Notes: generated by a model not told the origin, from the letters alone. A stretch of 64,000 nt of DNA from Candidatus Nanopelagicales bacterium (GCA_044240195.1 JBIHZX010000001.1:71576-135575), one strand, 5' to 3'. Positions 18,093-28,823 are shown, numbered from the stretch's first letter. Translations and numbers: made by a program.

Positions 18093-19697
18093 TTAGGCTA
18101 ACTCAATGAGTTCGATGTAGGACTCGCTCCACAGGTCTTCATCACCGTCAGGCAGAATCAAGACCCTCTCAGGATTCAAAGCTCGCACGGCTCCAGGATC
18201 ATGTGTTACCAGAACAACTGCACCTTCATACAGTGATAGCGCGTTGAGAACTTCTGCGCGGCTTGCCGGATCAAGGTTGTTTGTCGGCTCGTCGAGTAAA
18301 AGGACGTTCGACCCCGAAACGACCAAGCAGGCTAGTGCCAAGCGTGTTTTTTCCCCACCGGAAAGCACGCCGGTTGGCTTATGAACGGAATCACCTTGAA
18401 AAAGGAACGATCCAAGTACCGTACGTTGTTGAGTGTCATTGAGATGTGTACCAGCTGAAGCCATGGTCTCCCAGACGGTTGCTGTTGGATCCAAAGTTTC
18501 GTGTTCCTGCGCGTAATACCCAACAATTGCCCCGTGCCCAAGCTCCCTCGACCCGGTATCTGGCGGGTCAATTCCAGCAAGGATTCGAAGCATTGTCGTT
18601 TTACCCGCACCATTGAGCCCCAAGATGACGACCTTGCTGCCGCGATCAATGGCTAAATTAACATCGGTGAAGACTTCGAGGCTGCCGTAACTACGGGAAA
18701 GATTCTCGGCCATTAATGGAACCCGACCGCATGCTTTCGGTGTGGGGAACCTTAGTTTTGCCACATTGTCTTTCAGTTGAACATTTGCAGTTTCGGCCAT
18801 GAGTCGATCGGCTCGTTTGAACATCGATTGAGCAGCCTTCGCCTTGGAGGCTTTTGCCCGCATCTTCTCGGCCGTCTTGCGCAAACTATCCGCTTGGGTC
18901 TCCGCATTTTTGCGCTCGCGTTTTCTCCTTTTTTCGTCAGTTTCACGCGCGAGCAGATACTTATTCCAGCCCATTGAGTAAAGGTCAATTTCCTGACGAT
19001 TCGCGTCAAGGTGCCACACCTTATTTACCGTGTCCTCAAGTAATTCGGTGTCATGGCTGATCACGATGAATCCACCTTCATAGGCCGCAAGGTACTTGCG
19101 TAGCCAACGAATGGAATCCGCATCGAGGTGGTTGGTGGGTTCGTCGAGCAGCAGAACATCAGCGTCAGAAAAAAGAATGCGCGTTAACTCAACGCGCCTG
19201 CGTTGACCACCGGAAAGGGTTCCCAATGGTTGAGCCAATATTCGCTCGTCCAGTCCGATACTTGCGGCGATTGTCGCTGCCTCTGACTCAGCCGTATATC
19301 CGCCAAGGCCCTCAAATTCACCCAGTGCCCGGTTATATCGATCCCCGGCCCGATCAAAATCCTCTGCGCTGATACCGGGTGTGGATAGGGCTTCCGCGGC
19401 TTTTGTCATTCGGATTGAGACAGCGTCCAGCCCGCGAGCGCTGAGGATCCGAGAGCGTGCCAACTGACTGGGGTCTGCTGTACGGGGATCCTGAGGCAGA
19501 TAGCCCACGGTGCCCGTCATTTTCACGCTTCCACTTGCCGGTGCTGCCTCACTGGCTAAAACTCGAGTCAAAGTTGTTTTACCAGCGCCATTTCGCCCGA
19601 CAAGGCCAATTCGATCGCCTTTGTCAACCCGGAGCATCGGGGCCGTGAGTAAAAGTTCTGATCCTGCGCGTAATTCAATTTCGGAAGCAGCAATCAT
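18093..19697 (-). CDS. ABC-F family ATPase (two NBDs, no TMD)
   Basis: 534 aa. Two Walker A sites (GRNGAGKTT, GLNGAGKTT), two LSGG signatures and a charged inter-domain linker (EKRRKRERKNAE). Confidence 0.9.
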   Translation of the reverse strand: MIAASEIELRAGSELLLTAPMLRVDKGDRIGLVGRNGAGKTTLTRVLASEAAPASGSVKMTGTVGYLPQDPRTADPSQLARSRILSARGLDAVSIRMTKAAEALSTPGISAEDFDRAGDRYNRALGEFEGLGGYTAESEAATIAASIGLDERILAQPLGTLSGGQRRRVELTRILFSDADVLLLDEPTNHLDADSIRWLRKYLAAYEGGFIVISHDTELLEDTVNKVWHLDANRQEIDLYSMGWNKYLLARETDEKRRKRERKNAETQADSLRKTAEKMRAKASKAKAAQSMFKRADRLMAETANVQLKDNVAKLRFPTPKACGRVPLMAENLSRSYGSLEVFTDVNLAIDRGSKVVILGLNGAGKTTMLRILAGIDPPDTGSRELGHGAIVGYYAQEHETLDPTATVWETMASAGTHLNDTQQRTVLGSFLFQGDSVHKPTGVLSGGEKTRLALACLVVSGSNVLLLDEPTNNLDPASRAEVLNALSLYEGAVVLVTHDPGAVRALNPERVLILPDGDEDLWSESYIELIELA

Positions 19698-19734
19698 GGC
19701 TAACGCAGTCTAGTCCCTGCGTCCGCCAACTGAT

Positions 19735-20046
19735 TCAGACGTTAAAGCCCAAGGAACGCAACATGTCTCGACCGTCGTCGGTGATCTTGTCTGGTCCCCA
19801 GGGCGGCATCCAGACCCAGTTGATTTTGAAGTCCGTAACAATAGAATCCAGTGCACTTCGTGTTTGATCCTCGATGACATCGGTGAGCGGGCAGGCTGCC
19901 GAGGTCAGGGTCATATCAACCGTGGCGGTGTTGTTCTCGTCTACGGTCACTCCGTAAACCAAACCAAGATCCACAACATTGATACCCAATTCGGGGTCAA
20001 TAACGTCCTTCATCGCTTCAATGACGTCTTCATTGGTTACTGCCAT
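19735..20046 (-). CDS. sufT: SufT-like DUF59 Fe-S assembly protein
   Basis: 103 aa. DPELGINVVDLGLVY and the conserved Cys (TSAACP) of DUF59. Last gene of the suf operon. Confidence 0.85.
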   Translation of the reverse strand: MAVTNEDVIEAMKDVIDPELGINVVDLGLVYGVTVDENNTATVDMTLTSAACPLTDVIEDQTRSALDSIVTDFKINWVWMPPWGPDKITDDGRDMLRSLGFNV

Positions 20047-20049
20047 GAT

Positions 20050-20508
20050 TCACCCATTTCGTGTAGTAGTTGTCGCGGTTAACTGAGCCTTTATCTGCGC
20101 ATCGGCGAGAGCCATCCATGAAATTAGAGCGCATTTGATGCGCGCAGGATACTTGGAAACACCAGCAAATGCGATTGCATCCTCGAGCACATCTTCATCT
20201 GGTTCCAGTAGTCCCTTTGATTTCATGAGTTCCATGAAGGCCTCTTGAATGGGCGCTGCCTCCTCCGGGGTCCTTCCATTAATGAGTTCACTCATCACGC
20301 TGGCACTGGCTTGTGAGATCGAGCAACCTTGACCGTCGTAGGACACCAGCAATGTGCCATCAGGGCCCTGACCGACCTCAACCGTTATCTCATCACCGCA
20401 GGTGGGGTTGACTTGATAGCTTTGAGCAAGTGAATCAATTTGGACTTTCTTACCCCTTGGATTTTTATAGTGATCAAGAATTATTTCTTGATAAAGATCC
20501 TCGCTCAT
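20050..20508 (-). CDS. sufU: SufU (IscU-like) sulfur acceptor/scaffold
   Basis: 152 aa. NPTCGDE, GQGCSISQASAS and RIKCAL motifs. Confidence 0.9.
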   Translation of the reverse strand: MSEDLYQEIILDHYKNPRGKKVQIDSLAQSYQVNPTCGDEITVEVGQGPDGTLLVSYDGQGCSISQASASVMSELINGRTPEEAAPIQEAFMELMKSKGLLEPDEDVLEDAIAFAGVSKYPARIKCALISWMALADAQIKAQLTATTTTRNG

Positions 20509-21782
20509 GCACTCACCGCAATACCTGACCCAAAGAATTCTTGAGCACTTTTGATTCCGGCGATCGCTTGATCAATATCGCTCTTATCGTTATAGATATA
20601 TGTTGTGATTCGGGTTGTTGCCGGGACATCGAAACGGCGACAGGTTGGCCAGCAGCAGTGGTGTCCTACGCGCACCGCAACTCCCTTGGCATCCATGAGG
20701 TGACCCACGTCGTGGGGGTGAATCCCGTCGACTACGAAGGAGACTGCCGACCCTCGGTTGCGCATATCCGTTGGTCCAATCACCCGAACACCAGGGATTT
20801 TCGCTAGTTCATCCAAGGTATAGGCGGTCAATTCTTGTTCGTGCTCAAAAACATTATTCATGCCTATTTCAGATAGGTAGTCGCAAGCCCGGGCCAGCCC
20901 GATCGCCTGCGCCGCCATTGGGACGCCCGCTTCGAACCGTTGTGGCGCTGGTGCGTATGTGCTGTGCTCCATATGAACCATTTCGATCATCGAACCACCG
21001 CTGAGAAAAGGTGGCATGGCATTAAGTAGATCGGATTTGCCCCACAGGATTCCAATGCCCGTTGGACCGAGCATCTTGTGACCACTCCATGAGGCAAAAT
21101 CGGCGCCAAGTTCATTCACGTTAACCGGCATGTGCGGAACGGATTGACAAAGATCAACCATTCCGAGAGCCCCGACCGCGTGTGCCATGCCCATAATTTC
21201 TTTGACCGGATTGATCGTGCCTAAGAGATTCGATTGGTGCACTACCGAGACAAACTTCGTGGTGCTGTCAATTACTCCTGGTTCAATATTGAGGCGACCT
21301 TCTTCGGTGAGGCCAAACCACTTTAACGTCGCACCTGTCTTGGCACACAATTCTTGCCACGGGATCAGGTTCGCGTGATGTTCCATTTCGGTAACAACGA
21401 TGGAATCGCCTGGCCCAACAACAAATCGAGGATCCACCTCAATGCCCTGACGTGACTTATCTGTTGCATTTGAAAACGCGTACGCCACCAGATTTATTCC
21501 CTCGGTTGCGTTTTTCGTGAAGACAATCTCCTCAACGTGAGCTCCCACAAAGGAAGCGATTGTTTGCCGAGCGGCTTCATAAGCATCAGTTGCCTCCTCG
21601 GCGAGAGCGTGCGCCCCGCGGTGAACTGCTGCATTCGAAGTCTCATAGAAATGACGCTCGGCGTCCAAAACCTGGGTAGGTTTTTGAGAAGTTGCACCGC
21701 TATCGAGGTATACCAACGGAACGCCACGCACTTTTCGAGAAAGGATGGGGAAATCCGCGCGCAACTTATCGACGTCGAACAT
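20505..21782 (-). CDS. sufS: Cysteine desulfurase SufS
   Basis: 425 aa class V aminotransferase. PLP-lysine SGHKMLGPTGIG and active-site RVGHHCC. Confidence 0.95.
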   Translation of the reverse strand: MFDVDKLRADFPILSRKVRGVPLVYLDSGATSQKPTQVLDAERHFYETSNAAVHRGAHALAEEATDAYEAARQTIASFVGAHVEEIVFTKNATEGINLVAYAFSNATDKSRQGIEVDPRFVVGPGDSIVVTEMEHHANLIPWQELCAKTGATLKWFGLTEEGRLNIEPGVIDSTTKFVSVVHQSNLLGTINPVKEIMGMAHAVGALGMVDLCQSVPHMPVNVNELGADFASWSGHKMLGPTGIGILWGKSDLLNAMPPFLSGGSMIEMVHMEHSTYAPAPQRFEAGVPMAAQAIGLARACDYLSEIGMNNVFEHEQELTAYTLDELAKIPGVRVIGPTDMRNRGSAVSFVVDGIHPHDVGHLMDAKGVAVRVGHHCCWPTCRRFDVPATTRITTYIYNDKSDIDQAIAGIKSAQEFFGSGIAVSA

Positions 21783-22543
21783 TATGCACGCGCCGCAGCA
21801 GTGTATGTCTCATAACCATCTGATTCCAGCACGTCGGCCAATTCAGGCCCGCCGGTGGCAACGATTCTCCCGTCGACAAATACATGAACGACATCAGGCT
21901 GGATATAACGAAGGATCCTCGTGTAGTGAGTAATCAGGAGTACACCTGCATTACTGGACTCCTTGTATCGATTAACACCTTCACTCACGATCTTTAGTGC
22001 ATCAACATCGAGCCCAGAATCCGTTTCATCCAAGATTGCGATCTTGGGTTGCATGAGCCCCAACTGCAGAATTTCATGACGTTTCTTCTCGCCGCCAGAG
22101 AAACCTTCATTGACATTGCGGCTAGCGAAAGCGGGATCCATTTGAAGGTCGGCCATCGCCTCTTTCATGTCTTTTGTCCACGTACGAAGTTTGGGAGCTT
22201 CACCCTTAAGGGCAGTGATCGACGTGCGCAGGAAGTTGGATACTGAAACGCCAGGAATTTCGACCGGGTACTGCATGGCAAGGAAGAGTCCTGCACGAGC
22301 TCGCTCGTCGACTGTCATTGCGAGAACATCTTGGCCATCGAGATCGATTGAGCCCGATGTCACCGTGTACTTGGGGTGACCCGCAATCACGTAAGCCAAC
22401 GTGCTCTTACCCGATCCGTTGGGTCCCATGATCGCATTGGTGGTACCGGATTCAACGACTAGTGATACGCCACGAAGGATGGGAGTTTCACCATCCTCGG
22501 TGATAACGCTGGCGTGTAAATCGGTAATTGTTAGCTTGCTCAT
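21782..22543 (-). CDS. sufC: Fe-S cluster assembly ATPase SufC
   Basis: 253 aa. Walker A GPNGSGKST, FSGGEKKR and Walker B ILDETDSGLD. Confidence 0.95.
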   Translation of the reverse strand: MSKLTITDLHASVITEDGETPILRGVSLVVESGTTNAIMGPNGSGKSTLAYVIAGHPKYTVTSGSIDLDGQDVLAMTVDERARAGLFLAMQYPVEIPGVSVSNFLRTSITALKGEAPKLRTWTKDMKEAMADLQMDPAFASRNVNEGFSGGEKKRHEILQLGLMQPKIAILDETDSGLDVDALKIVSEGVNRYKESSNAGVLLITHYTRILRYIQPDVVHVFVDGRIVATGGPELADVLESDGYETYTAAARA

Positions 22544-22872
22544 TGAGTCGTGCCTTTCGTAATAAAAATTGGACTATTTGGGTCTGTTATGTCGGTCGTA
22601 ACGGGGTAGGTCTTTACCGCGGTGATCGCGGGAAGTGAGGTCGGGATACCGGTGCGGACATCAAAGCTGGAACCGTGCAACCAACATTCGATGAAGCAGC
22701 CGTCAACTTCACCTTCAGAAAGCGCGACATCTGAGTGGGAGCATCGATCCTCCATTGCAAACATTCCTTCAGGGGTGTTCACAACGACAATTAAATCCCC
22801 GTCAACCTCAAACTGACGCGCTGTTCCCGCCGGAACATCGGAGACAACACCGAGAAGCAGTTGACTACTCAT
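22540..22872 (-). CDS. Rieske [2Fe-2S] ferredoxin-like protein inside the suf operon
   Basis: Rieske ligands CSHSD...CWLHGS. ATG 22872 overlaps the sufD stop by 8 nt. The ORF-track start at 22920 lies inside sufD. Confidence 0.85.
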   Translation of the reverse strand: MSSQLLLGVVSDVPAGTARQFEVDGDLIVVVNTPEGMFAMEDRCSHSDVALSEGEVDGCFIECWLHGSSFDVRTGIPTSLPAITAVKTYPVTTDITDPNSPIFITKGTTQ

Positions 22873-23989
22873 GGTCCACAATCCCCAGTTTCGACTCAAT
22901 TCGTCGCATGAGAGATCCACTCAACTCAGAATCGTCGATTTTACTGAGCACATCAACGAAGAAACCTCGAACGACCAACTGACGCGCTACTGATTCCGGG
23001 ATTCCTCGCGATTGCAAGTAGAACAACTGCTCGTCATCAAATCTGCCTGTCGCGCTGGCGTGACCCGCACTAATAACGTCACCGGTTTCCAGTTCTAGAT
23101 TCGGGACCGAATCTGCCCGAGGCCCATCGGTGAGCAATAAATTTCGATTGAGTTCATATGTTTCAATCCCAATTGCTTCACGCCTCACGAGAACATCGCC
23201 GATCCACACCGAGTGAGCACCCTCACCGCTCAGGGCGCCCTTGTAAATTACGTTGCTGACACAGTGGGGCTGAGTGTGGTCTACGAGAATCCGGTGCTCC
23301 TGGAACTGATCACCCGTCAGTAGAAAGGCTCCCAGCATTTGAGCTTTTCCACCGGGCGCCCGATACGTCAATGTCGGGACGGTTCGAATAACCCCGCCGC
23401 CAAGTGTTATCGACAGACCGTGGAAATTTGCATCGCGTCCAACTTCGGTGAACCAGTGTAAGTGTTGCATGACCGCGGCGTCTGCATCGATGACCGAGAG
23501 CATGGTCAAATCTGCTTGATCACCCAAGAGTGAGAGCATCGACCCGCTGACGTTGCCTGAAGTGTCATGGATGAGCACTACCTGCGACGTGGAAAAAGGG
23601 CCGGCGTGAACTTCAACGTGGAGATAGTTGCTCTCTCCAGCATTTTTGAGGTTGATAACAATCGGGGCCGTGTGAACGGACTCCTTTGGGATCGTCACCA
23701 AAACAGCGTGGGTTGCTTGCGCTCGAGCAATAGCGCTCGGTCTATCTGTCGGCATCCATGTTCGCGAGAGTCGCTGATCGTCAATTGCTACGTATTCAAC
23801 GGTGACATCGTGTTCGCCATCAAGGCCGACGCTCCCCCAGTCTGATGGTTGGAAAAAGCTTCCCATTTTTCTGATAGGTGCAAAGCGCCATTCTTCTTCC
23901 CGGCCAATGGGGACATCAAAATCTTCAATCGTGCGTGAAAATACTCGAGGGGCTAAGTCTGTTGCAGGAGCGACGGTGGGAGCTCTCAC
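22865..23989 (-). CDS. sufD: Fe-S cluster assembly protein SufD
   Basis: 374 aa SufB/D beta-helix family member. Has the C-terminal FYLQSRGI motif. Positioned after sufB. Confidence 0.9.
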   Translation of the reverse strand: MRAPTVAPATDLAPRVFSRTIEDFDVPIGREEEWRFAPIRKMGSFFQPSDWGSVGLDGEHDVTVEYVAIDDQRLSRTWMPTDRPSAIARAQATHAVLVTIPKESVHTAPIVINLKNAGESNYLHVEVHAGPFSTSQVVLIHDTSGNVSGSMLSLLGDQADLTMLSVIDADAAVMQHLHWFTEVGRDANFHGLSITLGGGVIRTVPTLTYRAPGGKAQMLGAFLLTGDQFQEHRILVDHTQPHCVSNVIYKGALSGEGAHSVWIGDVLVRREAIGIETYELNRNLLLTDGPRADSVPNLELETGDVISAGHASATGRFDDEQLFYLQSRGIPESVARQLVVRGFFVDVLSKIDDSELSGSLMRRIESKLGIVDHE

Positions 23990-25419
23990 CCAACAGCCCC
24001 TTCCATTTGCATCTCAATGAGACGGTTCAGTTCAATTGCGTACTCCATGGGAAGTTCGCGCGCAATTGGTTCAATAAAGCCGCGAACGATCATTGCCATC
24101 GCTTCATCTTCACTTAAACCACGTGTCATCAGATAAAATAATTGTTCTTCGCTGACCTTGGAAACTGTGGCTTCGTGACCCATCTGCACGTCGTCTTCAC
24201 GCACATCGACATAGGGGTATGTGTCAGAGCGACTGATGTCATCGACTAACAGTGCATCACATTTCACAGTACTTTTGGAATGATGTGATCCCTCGAGTAC
24301 TTGCACCAAACCGCGGTAACTTGTGCGACCGCCGCCGCGGGCGACTGATTTACTAATGATTGATGACGAGGTGTGTGGCGCCGCATGCACCATCTTGGCA
24401 CCGGCATCTTGGTGCTGACCCGGTCCTGCAAAAGCGATTGACAACGTCTCGCCGCGAGCATGTTCACCGGTCATCACTACTGCCGGGTACTTCATGGTCA
24501 CCTTGCTGCCAAGGTTTCCATCGACCCATTCCATGGTTGCACCTTCATGGGCTATGGCCCGCTTGGTTACCAGGTTGTAGACGTTTGTTGACCAGTTTTG
24601 AATTGTTGTGTAACGGCAGCGGCCGCCCTTTTTAACGATGATCTCGACTACAGCCGAGTGCAATGAATCACTGGAATAGATGGGAGCCGTGCAACCTTCG
24701 ACATAATGCACATAGGCGCCTTCGTCAACAATTATGAGAGTACGCTCAAACTGGCCCATATTTTCCGTATTGATCCGGAAGTAGGCCTGCAACGGAATAT
24801 CAATGTGTACACCCTTGGGAACGTAAATGAAGGATCCACCCGACCACACGGACGTGTTCAATGCTGCGAACTTGTTGTCGCCAACAGGGATGACTGAGCC
24901 AAAATATTCTTTGAATACATCTTCGTGCTCGCGCAGAGCAGTGTCGGTATCGAGGAATAGCACACCCAGTTCTTCAAGGTCCTCGCGGATCTTGTGATAG
25001 ACCACTTCGGATTCGTACTGCGCCGCTACCCCACCAACGAGACGCTGCTTTTCTGCCTCAGGAATGCCGAGACGATCGTATGTGTTCTTGATGTCGTCGG
25101 GGAGGTCATTCCAATCAGTGGCTTGTTTCTCCGTCGAACGAACGAAATATTTGATTGTGTCGAAGTGGATTCCGGTGAGGTCAGAACCCCAGTGCGGCAT
25201 TGGCTTCTTCTCAAATAGCTTGAGACCTTTAAGTCTGAGGTCGAGCATCCACTGCGGTTCATTCTTTTTGGCAGAGATGTCACGGACAACGTCTTCATTG
25301 ATGCCACGTCGAGCATTAGCACCCGCATCACTGGCATCACTCCAGCCGTACTCGTAATTTCCGAGTGATTCAATTGTGGCGTCTTGCTCACTCTTGGCAT
25401 TGGGAATCGTTGTACTCAT
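23986..25419 (-). CDS. sufB: Fe-S cluster assembly scaffold SufB (intein-less)
   Basis: 477 aa. Highly conserved SufB segments ([25 protein letters not shown]). Confidence 0.95.
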   Translation of the reverse strand: MSTTIPNAKSEQDATIESLGNYEYGWSDASDAGANARRGINEDVVRDISAKKNEPQWMLDLRLKGLKLFEKKPMPHWGSDLTGIHFDTIKYFVRSTEKQATDWNDLPDDIKNTYDRLGIPEAEKQRLVGGVAAQYESEVVYHKIREDLEELGVLFLDTDTALREHEDVFKEYFGSVIPVGDNKFAALNTSVWSGGSFIYVPKGVHIDIPLQAYFRINTENMGQFERTLIIVDEGAYVHYVEGCTAPIYSSDSLHSAVVEIIVKKGGRCRYTTIQNWSTNVYNLVTKRAIAHEGATMEWVDGNLGSKVTMKYPAVVMTGEHARGETLSIAFAGPGQHQDAGAKMVHAAPHTSSSIISKSVARGGGRTSYRGLVQVLEGSHHSKSTVKCDALLVDDISRSDTYPYVDVREDDVQMGHEATVSKVSEEQLFYLMTRGLSEDEAMAMIVRGFIEPIARELPMEYAIELNRLIEMQMEGAVG

Positions 25420-26102
25420 GCTGATACCTCTCGACTTTCCCGCGGTTTGCGAGCTTGATGTTTTACCTGCGTTAACTGTCCGAAAACTTGATTAGGGATC
25501 AATGTTGTGCAAATGGGGTCACCCTGTGCCAAAGTCGCAAGTCGGGTCACGTGTTGTCCCAAAGCTGCACTGAATGCACTCGTTTCCTCTTCACATAATT
25601 CGGGAAACTCGCTCGCAGCGGCTACAACCGGGCAATGATGCTGGCATAGCTGACTTGAATGTGAGTTACTGGAGGCTAGTTCCAGTGTTGCTGCGTATCC
25701 CTCACTCACGAGTGCCTCAACTATTGATTCAATCGTCCCACCTGAAGTAATTCGAGCGGCTCGTTCAGCCGCAAATGCCCGAACGGCATCTCTGCCAAAA
25801 GACCGATCAATGAAACGCAAGCTTTCCAGGGCTAAATCGTCGTAGCTTTGGTCGCAAGCACTGCGACCCAGCGGCGTCAAGGAATATGTCCCACTGGGCC
25901 TGCCCCGACCGCGGGTGGGAGTTGGGCCAAATGGTGTGCGTTCATGGGCCTCGACAAATCCCGCATCAAGAAGTGCACTGAGTGAACGGCGGGTTGCCTG
26001 AACAGATGTTCCCAAAGTATGTGATACCTCAACCGCGGTAGCCGCCCCGACCTCCAAGAGGACACGAGCCACCCGCTCTGCAGCACCACCGGGGAATTTC
26101 AC
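25416..26102 (-). CDS. sufR: SufR-type winged-helix (ArsR/DeoR-like) Fe-S regulator
   Basis: 228 aa. N-terminal HTH ([25 protein letters not shown]) and a C-terminal Cys cluster (CQHHCPVV...LCEEE). First gene of the suf operon. GTG start is uncertain. Confidence 0.8.
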   Translation of the reverse strand: MKFPGGAAERVARVLLEVGAATAVEVSHTLGTSVQATRRSLSALLDAGFVEAHERTPFGPTPTRGRGRPSGTYSLTPLGRSACDQSYDDLALESLRFIDRSFGRDAVRAFAAERAARITSGGTIESIVEALVSEGYAATLELASSNSHSSQLCQHHCPVVAAASEFPELCEEETSAFSAALGQHVTRLATLAQGDPICTTLIPNQVFGQLTQVKHQARKPRESREVSA

Positions 26103-26115
26103 AACACTATTGTTG
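26102..26115. promoter_or_regulatory. Inverted repeat CAAC-N6-GTTG at the sufR start (candidate SufR operator)
   Basis: CAACactattGTTG is a perfect 4+4 palindrome touching the annotated GTG of sufR. It lies in the 72-nt sufR/ABC divergent region. Confidence 0.4.
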
Positions 26116-26162
26116 CCTAATTACCAAACTACGCAACCGCCGGGGGTTCCTAAGGGAAACCC

Positions 26163-26168
26163 TAGACT
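26163..26168 (+). promoter_or_regulatory. -10 element (TAGACT) of a leaderless promoter for the ABC ATPase gene
   Basis: TAGACT, then 6 nt (gccccc), then ATG 26175. Confidence 0.45.
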
Positions 26169-26174
26169 GCCCCC

Positions 26175-27134
26175 ATGTCCCAAGCACCCCTTCTGAGCGA
26201 GGTGTCACCATGGGCAATAACGTGCGAAAACGTGAGCCTGATCTACCCTGACGGCGGTGGAATTTCGGAGATAAATCTTGATTTTGGTCCTGGAATCACA
26301 GCAATCGTTGGCAATAACGGTGCGGGAAAGTCCACCTTGCTGGAGTCAATCGCCGGTCTGCGGTCCCCGACCGGTGGCCGAATCTCTCTCTTTGGCCGCA
26401 GCCCCAGCCATTGGCGGTCATCGGGAATTAATCGCGTTGGTGTCGCTCTCCAGGATGGTCGTCCCTATCCCAGCGCAAAGCCGGTGGCGCTTCTCAATTA
26501 TCTCGATCATCTTTATGCGGATAGTCAGAACCCCGACAGCCGACCAACCGTCGGATCTCTCGTTGAAGCTTTTAGCCTGACTACCAAGACTCTCATCAAA
26601 AACCTTTCCGGTGGTGAGTTGCAAAGACTCAAGTGCGCGGCAGCTCTGATTGCTGGTGCCCCCATCCTGATTCTTGATGAACCAACGGCGGGCTTGGACC
26701 CCCAAGGTCGGCGCGACCTCTACAACGTGCTGGCTCGCGTCGTACCCCAACAGAGCACTCTTCTTGTGTCAACACACATTCTTGAGGATCTCGAAATCAT
26801 GAATGGCCGAGTGATTGCCCTAAAGTCTGGTGGTGTTGCCTATGACTCAAATGTAAGTTCAGCCTCTTCTGCGTTCTACATGACTTTCACAAGCCGCGCC
26901 AATATCGAGCTCACGGGTTTGCGGAATGCACTTGCCGAAGGTGTTGACATCACGGAGAAGATAAATGGCCATTACTCAATCACCAGCAACGCCCCTATTG
27001 ATGCCGCATTCATCACGACGGTCATGAATTTCTGCGCACAGATTGGTGCCGACGTCTCGCAGGTAAACGTCCGTGAACGTGGAGGGATCTTGGCCGAAAT
27101 CGAAGACCTCCTCTTGGATGGAGGCACACCGTGA
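26175..27134 (+). CDS. ABC transporter ATP-binding protein (ABC-2 subfamily)
   Basis: 319 aa. Walker A GNNGAGKST, LSGGELQR and Walker B ILILDEPT. Confidence 0.9.
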   Translation: MSQAPLLSEVSPWAITCENVSLIYPDGGGISEINLDFGPGITAIVGNNGAGKSTLLESIAGLRSPTGGRISLFGRSPSHWRSSGINRVGVALQDGRPYPSAKPVALLNYLDHLYADSQNPDSRPTVGSLVEAFSLTTKTLIKNLSGGELQRLKCAAALIAGAPILILDEPTAGLDPQGRRDLYNVLARVVPQQSTLLVSTHILEDLEIMNGRVIALKSGGVAYDSNVSSASSAFYMTFTSRANIELTGLRNALAEGVDITEKINGHYSITSNAPIDAAFITTVMNFCAQIGADVSQVNVRERGGILAEIEDLLLDGGTP

Positions 27135-27859
27135 TTTCACTCCGTCGCCTCACTATTCAAACAAAATGGGAATTCCTCCTCAACGCACGAAACTCAGAAC
27201 AAGCATTACTGCTCGTACTGATTCCCATTGTAATTCTCATTGTACTGACCAAAACGACGATTATTGGCGGGGAAAGTACGGCGGTGGCACTGGCACTTGC
27301 CACGGTGCTTACCGTCTCCACTTTTGCTGCAGGTTTCACGTCCCTAGCAATTGCGACGGCATTTGAACGTCGTAGCGAGACTTTAGTCTTTCTCGGTACT
27401 ACCTCGTTGACGCGTGCGGAAGTAGTTCTTGCTAAGAGTTTGGGAAGTTTTCTGCTGGCGCTATTTGCAGGCCTATTTACATTCATCGGCGCGCTTGTAC
27501 TCGGCTGGTCCCCAACTCTTTTGACCCTACTAGTTCCACTGTGGATGGTCTTGGGAGTTTTCAGTGTCAGCGGTTTTGCGTATTTGCTGGCGGGGACCAT
27601 GAGAGCCGAAGCCGTACTCGCGATTGCCAATGGAATCTTCGTACTGGTGTTGATTTTCGGCGGGGTTATTTTCACATTCGGTGAGACCGTCAATGGATTT
27701 CTCGAGTACCTGCCACCCCTAGCCGTGAAAAATCTGATTCAATACAGCGTCTCTGAGCCCAATATCGCAGACATAAATGTGATTCAGGCCATGGGCGTCC
27801 TCATTGTCTGGGGTGTAGCGGGACACATACTGGCTTCTCGATTTTTCAAGTGGCGTTAA
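27131..27859 (+). CDS. ABC-2 type transporter permease
   Basis: 242 aa with about 6 TM helices. 4-nt overlap with the ATPase gene. Confidence 0.8.
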   Translation: MISLRRLTIQTKWEFLLNARNSEQALLLVLIPIVILIVLTKTTIIGGESTAVALALATVLTVSTFAAGFTSLAIATAFERRSETLVFLGTTSLTRAEVVLAKSLGSFLLALFAGLFTFIGALVLGWSPTLLTLLVPLWMVLGVFSVSGFAYLLAGTMRAEAVLAIANGIFVLVLIFGGVIFTFGETVNGFLEYLPPLAVKNLIQYSVSEPNIADINVIQAMGVLIVWGVAGHILASRFFKWR

Positions 27860-27865
27860 TCAACT

Positions 27866-27871
27866 TAAGGT
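27866..27871 (+). promoter_or_regulatory. -10 element (TAAGGT) of a leaderless ctaA promoter
   Basis: TAAGGT, then 6 nt (agtgac), then ATG 27878. Confidence 0.45.
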
Positions 27872-27877
27872 AGTGAC

Positions 27878-28819
27878 ATGAATGCTGTGACACAGTCTCG
27901 TTTGCCACGCTGGATGCGCGGCATTTTCATAGCGAACCTTGTCGCACAGTCCGGAATCATTGTCACAGGTGCGGTTGTTCGTCTCACGGGCTCCGGCCTC
28001 GGGTGCCCGACCTGGCCCCAGTGCGTCGAGGGTTCTTACACGCCGACCGTCCGACAGGAAGAAGGCTTCCATAAGGTCATTGAATTCGGTAACCGACTCC
28101 TCACATTCGTCGTCGCCATTATCGCGATTGCTGTTCTCGTTGCCATAATCGTGAATATTTTTTCGCGTAAGCGTGCAGGTTTGCCACAGCGCCGAACATT
28201 AATATTTTTGGGCGCGATTCCCTTCGTTGGCACAGCGGCCCAAGCGGTCTTGGGTGGAATCACCGTTCTCACGGGCCTGCACCCCCTGATTGTTTCGGCG
28301 CACTTCCTCGTGTCAATGGGTTTGGTGGCCGCAGCTGTTGCACTCGTTGCTCGCTCAGGTGATCCCGGTGACCAGACAGTCACCTATCTCGCTCCAAAAC
28401 CTGTCCGACTCCTGACGTGGTTACTTGTCAGTGTCGCTGCTGTAGTCGTCATTCTGGGAGTAATTACAACCGGAAGTGGCCCACACAGCGGTGATGCCGA
28501 GACTGAATCGCGATTCTCATTTGATCCTCAGTCCATAGCGTTGCTCCACGCGGATACCGTGTTTCTCTTTATTGGCTTGCTCATTGGCTTGCTCGTAACC
28601 CTCATGCTGTTCACGAGCACTGGCTCAATGCGGAAAAGGACGGTCATCCTCGTTGCAATCACGTTGGCGCAAGGGTTCATCGGTTACCTTCAGTACTTCA
28701 CAGGTTTGCCAAGCGCACTTGTCGCTATACACGTTCTCGGGGCGGTGCTCACGTGGATTGCCGTTCTGTTCATTCCGTTCACCATGCGCACACGTGGTGA
28801 AATAGAGAACAAGCAGTAG
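27878..28819 (+). CDS. ctaA: Heme A synthase (COX15/CtaA)
   Basis: 313 aa. GSGLGCPTWPQC motif and about 8 TM helices with conserved His residues. Confidence 0.9.
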   Translation: MNAVTQSRLPRWMRGIFIANLVAQSGIIVTGAVVRLTGSGLGCPTWPQCVEGSYTPTVRQEEGFHKVIEFGNRLLTFVVAIIAIAVLVAIIVNIFSRKRAGLPQRRTLIFLGAIPFVGTAAQAVLGGITVLTGLHPLIVSAHFLVSMGLVAAAVALVARSGDPGDQTVTYLAPKPVRLLTWLLVSVAAVVVILGVITTGSGPHSGDAETESRFSFDPQSIALLHADTVFLFIGLLIGLLVTLMLFTSTGSMRKRTVILVAITLAQGFIGYLQYFTGLPSALVAIHVLGAVLTWIAVLFIPFTMRTRGEIENKQ

Positions 28820-28823
28820 TTCG

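Noticed and set aside
19703-19722. Small hairpin ACGCAG-N8-CTGCGT between sufT and the ABC-F gene.
   Set aside because: It has only 6 bp with an 8-nt loop and no U-tract, so it is too weak to call a terminator.
23986-25419. I looked for an intein in SufB, as present in M. tuberculosis SufB.
   Set aside because: The protein is 477 aa and collinear with intein-less SufB. No Cys/Ser...HN splice junction insert is present.
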